Source of the DNA: Diadema antillarum
Lineage: Eukaryota
NCBI RefSeq assembly: GCF_040938485.1
Contig: NW_027272137.1
Span: 744,001-808,000 of the forward strand
DNA length: 64,000 nt
Direction of reading: 5' to 3'
How positions within the stretch are numbered: the first letter of the stretch is position 1; each line of letters starts with the position of its first letter. The position numbers and the translations under genes are program-made. The notes beneath the pieces were generated by a model, which worked only from the letters and a program-made list of their open reading frames with translations, was not told the DNA's origin and did no database searches. Shown piece after piece: positions 12,892 to 21,800 of the stretch.

Positions 12892-13980
12892 CTACAGGTG
12901 AGAGCTCACCCTCACAGATACAATGAACCATAAAATCAAACACAGTTTGGTTAAACTATCAGCACTGCATACTCTATAACTGTAGTGCGACTAGTCTTTA
13001 AAATTGATGCAGTACTCGCTTACGGGAGCCATTTTCAAGTTTATTTTATAAATCATTTGATCATAAGGATTTTAAAAATGGGAATATCATTTAGATGCGA
13101 TCGAAAGAAGTATCTTTGATAATTTCGTTTCCACTGTTTCACAATTATTTTTTTTCGTTTGTTTTTGTTTTGTTTTGTTTATAGAGTTTTGTTGTTAGTT
13201 ATTCAACCGTTCCTTGAATATTAAAGCACTTGCCGTTTTGTTTTTGATCATTTAAATGCCCATGTGCATGCATACATTATACATGGGGAAACTAGCGTCG
13301 GTAGCTGCGCACGTGCAGTCGGACATACAACACATTACTAGCAAGTAGTTTTCAACACAACGATGTGTTCACAACGGGATTTGTAGGTACCGGCATACAT
13401 GTACAGTCGCCAAACCAGACAATCGGAAATCGGAATATTAATTAACAATAATTAGAATTAATATTTTATTCATAAGAAATATTCATACCGTTCAAATTTG
13501 CCGTAATTCCACTGCAAAGTGCATTGGTGACTTCGTAGGTGTGTTAAATTGCTCCATGATGCGTGTACATGTATTGCCATTGACAGCACAGCGACTTTCA
13601 CATTTCGCGCGATAAATCCACGGGAAGACGGACAACCCACGAAAGTAGACGGTGAACTAGGGGTATTTGTACACGAGGAATCCGTTTATCGCATCTAGAA
13701 CGTGCGGTTCGGTACCCCTAAGCCCGCAAAGCCCCGAGGAAAAAGATCGTCCGCGAAAAAGCTACCGATCCCGATTTTCGCGGACGCGATTTGTCCGCGT
13801 TTACGAAGATACCCTCGTTTGTGCGGACGATCCGCATTCTCGGACCAGCACCCCTACTGTTGATTTAGAGCAGTTTTCCTCCGAAACCACTCAATTTTCA
13901 TAAAAATTGTGTGGTCAACCTACTTTTTGACGGCCGTTCCGTTCCCGGGCTTTTTTGGGGCCCCAAACGACGGGAAAGAC

Positions 13981-14063
13981 GAATTTCAGCCCTACGGGCT
14001 GAAATTCATCTCTAAGGGAGAGCCGCCGGAGGCGGGGCCTTCGGCCCCGCCTCCGGCGGCTCT
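13981..14063. other. Two perfect DNA hairpins: 12-bp stem and 21-bp GC-rich stem, each with a 3-nt loop
   Basis: gaatttcagccc-TAC-gggctgaaattc (13981-14007) and agagccgccggaggcggggcc-TTC-ggccccgcctccggcggctct (14019-14063). Confidence 0.9.
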
Positions 14064-17000
14064 TATACGCACCAATATGCTAATTTATATGATGCAAAAC
14101 CGGTATTCTGTAATTTCCCCTAATCTTCTTCCAGGTAGAGTGCAGCTTCAAGTTTTGAAGATTATCGCACTGTATTGCACTATGCAATAGGCCTAGTTAG
14201 ATTCTATTTCTTCATTGGAATTATCTCAAAGAATAATACTATAGTATAGTTCATCTCCTCAGTGATAATTTCATGCTGATTAATGTAATAAACGAGTCAG
14301 GTGCGAGGCTGCATTATTTTTACTCGTAATTGTGAAGCGAGCTCCCCAAGTCAAGGCTATCTCACTGCAGCTGCAGCAGTGCTGTGGAGTAGCACCGCCA
14401 TAAACACCGGGCCAGCTCGTTGTCGTACACCACACACACACACACCATGCACCAGCTGCTCACGAGAATACCCACAGGACAGCACAGGAGACCATCTTCT
14501 CCACACGCACACATAACAAACGAGCTACCATTAGTCCATACCGTCACTTTTCTAGGAATGCACTGGCGATCAAAAACACATTTACGATAAATTCAGCAGA
14601 AATTAAACTATACCAAAAGAGAGAAACTCACCCAAGATGGTCGCTCTGTATAAGTTTTCCCTTCAATACGATCATAGAGGTAAAACACGCGTTATTTCTT
14701 GTCTACTTGACTGGTTCCATTGTACAATCATTGATCGCTTACCAGCATAACAACGGCATCCAATTATTTGATTGTACACACTGGCTGTGTGCGTTTCTAG
14801 GGAAAATAGACATGATCCTCGCATGCATTTGTACTAAGCGCCCTCTACGATGAGTTCTCAATAGTCTCGTCCAGCCAGCTGTCTACGCCAAGACTTCACA
14901 CAGTCGCACACCTGCAAAGGCTCTTCAAAATTAAGACGTCAATTTTCAATGTTGTGTAGAATGCATTTGTATTAAATGTATATCAATTGTCTGTTGCTGG
15001 ACGTTGCAGTATCATGGAAAGCGAGCCAGTACTCAACCATTTCACCTCAGGGTAAAGATCTTAGGCCTACCGGTTGAAGTTGAAGTCTTTTATCAATCTA
15101 TATTCACATGTTTACACTACTAACATTACAACTTGTACGTAACAAAAGACACGTGCATGAATACAGGAAAAGTGAGTAAGGTACCAGAAAATAGCATTCA
15201 TGCTAATCAAGCCCGATATCTGTCTGCAACGGTACAAAGATTCTTAAAACATAATAAGTACAGTACGATACCAGTATCAAAAAAAAAAAAATCTGTCTTA
15301 TTCTTATCATACTGTAGTAGGCCTTGGCCTTATACTCGTATCCACGCAGACTCAAGAGTGCTACATTACTGTTATGTCGAATCATAGCTTAATTGGCCTA
15401 TTGTTTCTGCCATTCAAGTATATTTTTAATGTTATTTGTATTGCAGTTCGATAATTCGACCATATAGTATCAATTTTAAAGATCTGCAATTGTTCATATT
15501 CAGTCTTGTTTTGGTAGCTGCAGAAATGAAGAGTTGAATGCAAAAACAGATAGGCTTTGTGATTTTTAAGGGTGAGGTTAACATTGAACGGAGAAAATAA
15601 CAAAAAGTAATATTACACTCGTTATATTTAACAGGAAATATTTTTTAGGATTTTTTTTTAAACTAAAAGATATAGGCCTATATAATTCAATAATTGTCTT
15701 TGTTTCAGTATCTTTAATCTCAGTATTAGTAAATTGTAGAAATGAATTCACCTTTCTTCATTCATCTATATACTTCACTTGTCACATAGGGCCTAATGGG
15801 TCTAAACAAAGGCAGACAAAAGTGATGTTGATTCTCATGTACACTAGTCCCATCCCCGGCAGTGTGAAAATATTGATTCTCTCCTCAATTTAGTGGACGG
15901 AATTTTGATTCCAGAAACATAACACGCCTAGAAAGAGAAAAGAAAGGAAAGAAAAAAAAAACGGACCCTAAGAAAAGAAATAAAGAAAAGAGAAAAGTAA
16001 AAGTAAAGATATGCTTCATTAATGTTTGAGGACAAAGGCTAGTGCAATTATATCCCTTTTCTAGAGTTCCCTCTCAGCCTGCAATATGCTCCTATATGTA
16101 TAAACGCACCGGTAATGCCAACTACGAGTATATCATAAGAATATACTAATTGACAACAGGAGGAGGATGTGAGTTGCACAGTGGGCAACGGTTTTATATG
16201 CAGACTATTTCTAGACACTCTGCAAAGATTTAGATCTTCGTTTTGGGCAATTAATTTTTGATGAATTTTGGATGTCCGCGGCCGGGTTTGAGCCATTATC
16301 ATGTTTGGTGTCTGCGCAAGATGAGCTCAACTGAGTCAATGACCTCGCCTCATTGGCTGATTGACCAATTAGATCACAGAATTCCACATCAATATCAATT
16401 ATTGTACAAAGTTAGAGAGAGAGAGAGATGGGGGGAGGCGTAGGAATCGAGGGAGAAAAAAGCCTATGGATCGAAGGAACTTCGGGATTAAGGGACGTCA
16501 GGAATGAAAAGAAAGAATAATTGAAGACACGCCGCACTATAGGTTCATTTATGCTGAGGTAATCTGAGTCATAAATCTGGTATTGTCATCTATTGGTCTC
16601 TCCCTTGCTGCTCTTGTTTTCAAAATTATTTATGTTTCTCTATTTTTTAAGTTTAGTTTTGTTCCAGCGTAATAGGTCACTCCACTCTCCCACGTATAGG
16701 CCTAATCCCACATCTTTCTAAACGTATATACATTGGCTCCTTATCCAAGCAAGAATTAAGTTTAAAATGCACCAATTGACATTCCAAGGTACAGCACCTG
16801 ATTATTTTCAGCACATCGTGCATAAAAATAGATATACGTCCCTCCTGTAGCTCCCATGCAGTCATATAAATCATACTCACGGAGCTCGCTCCCAAGCAGA
16901 CGCACTTGGGCCTCATTGGCTTTGGAATCTCCTTGACCTATTCAAAGTTTGAAGCGCAGGCAACCTCTCGCTGTGGACCAATATATCTAAAACACATCTT

Positions 17001-17360
17001 TTCGTTGAGGGTAAAAACAAAAAAAACAAAAAAAACCCGTACATATGCGAATATTAAAATAAGTGCTTCCTTGATGATATTTCTCTGCTCTTCTCCAAAA
17101 TATTTCTTGCTTTACCTATCTCTTCATCTATCACTGCCACTAGGTCCCCGTTTGATCTGTTGAATTTGGAGTTTCCCAGTGCATAATGTTGATATTTGAA
17201 CATTGATTGTTGTGTTTTCCGAGACCTAAATGATTTGCGTGTTATCTCCTGATCCTCTTTTTTATTCCTATTTCAGAACATAAAGGAAATGAGTTCTCTT
17301 ATGTTATTTTACTACAGATATTGTCTAGTTGCTATTTTCTATTGTTTTTGTTGATGTCGT

Positions 17361-17374
17361 TGTCATGAAATGAT

Positions 17375-17416
<42 letters not shown>

Positions 17417-18849
17417 TTTGTTTTGTTTTGTTTTGCTGTTACAAATGAAACTGCTGGTGCAGAGACTAACCAGCAAAAGAATGTGTTCGGGAAGTTTGGC
17501 AGTTCGCCAAGAGTGAACCCAGATTTCTTCTTCTTTTTGACCTTTTACAGCTATGAAGGTATGTTGAGATTTGTACCATCTAAGCTTTGTTAGATATAGA
17601 ACATGTAAGATGACTGGCATTGCATAAATGTGGGTAGTATTCAAGACATTCTTTCCTAAACTGGTATTCACCTACAAGTTTGTACACTGTATCGTTACAG
17701 TTTGTGTCACACAGTTTGTGTATGTGAAAATGATTGAGAGTGGTTTGTTTTCACATGGTTTTGTGATCTGTATCGACATTATAACTCATTGTATTCCTTG
17801 TTTAACCAAAAAAGGGGAAAAGGAATTGTGTAGAAATGTTGAGGAAAGTAATGATATAGTTAGAATGGTTGTTATAGTTCTGAAAGTGACTGAATTATCG
17901 ATGATTTAACGAACTTGTTTTTTAGTAGTAGCGTATGAATATTGCGTGGAAAGGTTGGGGCCACACATGGGTGCATGTAAAACTTACAGGCGGATGGATA
18001 TTTTAGTTTGAGTAGTGTGATGGGGCTCTGTTTGTGTGTTCGAACACTTTCTCATTACTCCTCTGTAGGGCTTTGTATGGTTGCTCATTATTGTAGGCAG
18101 GCTGTTACGTAAGACAAGACTACACACAGTTGTGGTCTGTTGATATATTATGTATAATGTAATGAGAGTTGAAGTGTAAACTAGTGGGAATAGTATAGAG
18201 AAATTTCTGCACAGCTTACAGTTAATGCAACAAAGGAGTAAGACATTTGTTTTTGTTATTTGAGGAAAAATTGCAAAACAAAATACAACAAACAAGCTGA
18301 TCTGTATTATTGTTAGGGATCATTACTCACCTGCATACATGTATTGCATTATAGGGAGTACTATTGCTCTAATTGTTGTTGAGGAAGGAAACAGATCACA
18401 CATTGTTGTTATAAATGAAAGTAAGGTTTAGGAAGGATTTTCCGAGAGTTGCGAATTACAACTGAGTTTTTTAATGAAACTTTCATTGAAGTTGTGTTTG
18501 CTATATCATATTTGTAGAGACACATAACTTCTAGTTCAAGTTCATGGATTATTATTTTCATCCAAGTAAATGTATACCTAACAAAATACAAAGTATACAC
18601 ATTGTGTTATTTGATCAGAAAGTATGTGAACTTAATACTGATCATTGTGCTTTATTTTGTTTCAATCGCATACAGAAATCTCAACACTGTTGTTGAATCT
18701 ACTCATGACTGGCACATCACTGTTATAGTAACCACAAAATAAACAGGAAACAATCAAAGTTTAAATACGCTTCCTTCTCCTGTGTTTCAACGGTGCGTTC
18801 GGTCTATTGCAGCAACGTGGAAATTAGTTACACTCCCGATCACACAACA
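17361..18849 (+). repeat. 5' LTR (1489 bp)
   Basis: Begins tgtcatgaaatg, ends cgatcacacaaca. Contains (AT)18 near the start and AATAAA at 18738. Confidence 0.95.
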
Positions 18850-18886
18850 TCTTCAACAACAATCTGGCTGACCTGCAGAATTTACC

Positions 18887-21800
18887 ATGGCTGAGAATCC
18901 AAAAGGCCTGAGGTTGTCACGACGAAATCTGAAGGGACAGCTCACCAGAACGCTGACAATTTTAGATAGCCTCATAAAGGATGACAGACATGATGTCAGC
19001 ATGCTGCAGAAGTATATCAGCAAAGCAGAGGAACAGTTTGAAGGCATTGAAAAGAAACATGAAGAGCTGATGCAAGTTATTGAGGATGATGTAGAGTTTG
19101 AGACAGAGGAAAAATGGATGAGTGACTGTGAATCCAGATTCATTCAGACATTGGTAGAAGCAAGACGGACTGTTGACTGCTGTTCTCAGTCTTCTGCGTC
19201 AGATACACATGGAGCGTCTATGCCCTCAACACCAATGACCCCACGGCAACACACCGCCACAACTGCATCTGATCCTCAGCAAAGTCCGCCTTCAAATGCC
19301 TCTCCTGCAACACCACTCCTCACGTCGCGTCCTTCTACTTCCGGAGCCGGGAGTATGCCAAAAATGGCGAGGATGAAATACCCAACTTTCAATGGAAACA
19401 TCAGAGATTACGAGAGATTCAAAGCTCTGTTCAATCACTGCGCTGCGGGGCTCAATGAAATTGAATGCTTCTACCAGCTGACCGAAGCCATGGTGAACTC
19501 AAAGGAACGGAATATGATCAGAGGCTGCATTAACGTCGAGCGGGCATGGGAGATCCTCGACGAGTACTTTGGGGACAGAGACCGTATAGTTGACAGCCTG
19601 ATGAAGGACCTGGAGAACCTCAAGACGTATGAAAGGAGAGGCAAAATCGACATTCCTGCTATGGGCCGATTTATCCAAACACTGCAGAATTTCGAAACCC
19701 AAGCTGAATCAGTCGGACTGTCAGGCGAAATGAACAGCAAGATGATGCTTTGTTCCATAAAGCGTAAATTACCAGAGGAACATCGCGTTGGGTTCTACAA
19801 GAGCGTCAGAGATGACGAAACTGCTGATTCACTGTCTGGACTCAACAGATGGCTTTTTAGAGAACACATCGTCATTCAGAAAGCTACGCCGGCGGACACC
19901 GAAAATACTGGGTCATCGCAGAGGATGACCAAATCATCAAACGCAGCCGTGGACAGTGGGCAGCACCACACAGACAGAAAAGTGCCGACTCTCAAGTGCC
20001 CTCTTCATGCTAAGACGACGTCACATTTCCTCAAGAACTGCAACAGGTTCCGGACCTTGACACTGGAAGAGAAACATGAGATCTTGAAGGGGAATGGATT
20101 CTGTTCTCGATGTGGCCATAATAACTGTGTTGCTGGCAAGTCCCCATATGATCACAGCCGTTGCCAGTACATCGCTCCATGCCGTATACCGACTTGCGGC
20201 AGTGACCAGCATTTTGCCTCGATTTGCCCTGTGGTTTACGGAAGTAATGCAAAGAGCCAGCAAGGGAACCCACAGAGTCGCCCGACCAGCAGCACAGCAA
20301 AGGTGTCGACAGTGACCTCCACCGAGCACCTTCAGAGTACCCTGCCAACGGTCATGGGTTACCTGCGTTACGGTAACCAGAAACGTCTGGTGCGCATACT
20401 ACTGGATGGGGGAAGTCAGGCCACACTTCTGAGGGAAGGTGTTTTTCCCAAGTCAGCTAATGACTCATTTCAAGACCATGATTTGATCCTTGTTGGCGGC
20501 AGCAAAATCAGCAAGAAGCTAAGAGTCCTAGACTGCCATATCGAGGACCTAGAGGGTAATTGGTCTTGCCCGATTACCACCACAGAGATTGATAAACCTT
20601 GCGGTGATGCCCCCATCATACAACCAGACCAGTTACAGCAATATGACTATCTGAGAGATGTCAACGTTGATATTGCCCATTCAGAGATGATCGATGTCCT
20701 CCTTGGCGTCGACAATACTCACCTCATGATCTGGGAGGAGTACATCCGTGGTGAGAGATCGGACGAACCAGTAGCTGTCAAATGCCCGCTTGGATGGTTC
20801 ATCCAAGGGGGGAAATCAGCAGGATCGACATCGTTACTGAACTATGTAAATGTTTCAGCCGTAGGGTCCCTCGAAGAGTACATTGGATTGGAAACAGCTG
20901 GTCTAGAACCAAGGAGATGTCGTTGCACTGCCGACTTTGACGAAAAGAGTGCAACAGTCAAAATGGAAGAGAGTGTCACTCGTCTTCCTGATGGTTCGTA
21001 TGAGGTCGGACTTCCTTGGAAAAGATCCCCAGATGATCTTCCTGACAATTTCCAGTATGCCGTCAAACGACAAATGTGTCTGGAAAAACAATTTGCTGAA
21101 AGGCCTGAAGACTGGGAGATCTACTGTCAACAGATGAGAGAGCAACTCAACAGAGGAGTTTCACGGCATGTGACTACCGAAGAACTGCTGCGTGACCGAG
21201 AAGCGAACAGAAAGATGTGGTTTCTTCCTCACTTTGCAGTGGTCAAGGACTCAAAAACCACTCCAGTGCGTGTAGTGTATGATGGCAAAGCGAAGTACCA
21301 GGGACATTCACTCAACGACTATCTTGCTAAAGGAGAAAATGTCAATTCCAACCTCATTGACGTTGCGCTACGATTCCGTGAAAACGAAGTCGGCGTCATT
21401 GCAGACATCAGCAAAATGTTTCAGGCGATCAAAATACAGCCAGAGGATGCGCGGTTCCACAGATTTGTGTTTAGGGAAAACCCAAATCACCCTATCCAAA
21501 TCTACGAACTCACAACAGTCACCTTCGGGGACAAGCCCTCCCCCACCGCCGCCATCGTCACTCTGAGACACGTAATCCATGAGCACGCACCTAATGATGA
21601 GAGACTGAAGCGGGTGGCTGCAGAGCAGTTCTACATGGATGACCTCAATGAGTCCGTCGTCAACCCTGCAGAGGCACTGGAACTAAAGTCAAAGCTGACA
21701 GAGACGTTGAAAAAGGGAAACTTCTCCATAAGAAAGTGGCAGTCGAATGTCAAAGAAGTCTGTGATCAGACTGAAGACACCAGTGTCGCAACTGTTCTGG

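Larger units (their letters stand above)
8723..13859. mobile_element. Inner 5.1-kb DNA transposon with CAG..CTG termini and 5-bp TSD (hAT5-like, non-autonomous)
   Basis: TIR cagtaggggtgctggtccgagaatg is perfect for 25 bp, 32/33 to ggatcgt, and imperfect to ~65 bp. TTGAT is duplicated at 8718-8722 and 13860-13864. GGACG/CGTCC motifs repeat subterminally at both ends. No transposase ORF is visible. Confidence 0.85.
7936..14120. mobile_element. Outer non-autonomous DNA transposon with 21-bp TIRs and 8-bp TSD (~1.04 kb once the nested insert is removed)
   Basis: Left TIR GGGTAAATTACAGAATACCGG (7936-7956) matches the right TIR CCGGTATTCTGTAATTTCCCC (14100-14120) at 20/21. TAATCTTC is duplicated exactly at 7928-7935 and 14121-14128. 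Confidence 0.85.

Noticed and set aside
17363-18600. Small ORFs duplicated at 24311-25644
   Set aside because: They are identical only because they lie in the two LTRs. They include (AT)n-derived YI repeats and show no coding signature.
18865-18882. tggctgacctgcagaatt as primer-binding site
   Set aside because: It is 15 nt from the LTR end and I could not match it to a tRNA 3' end from memory, so it is not called as a feature.
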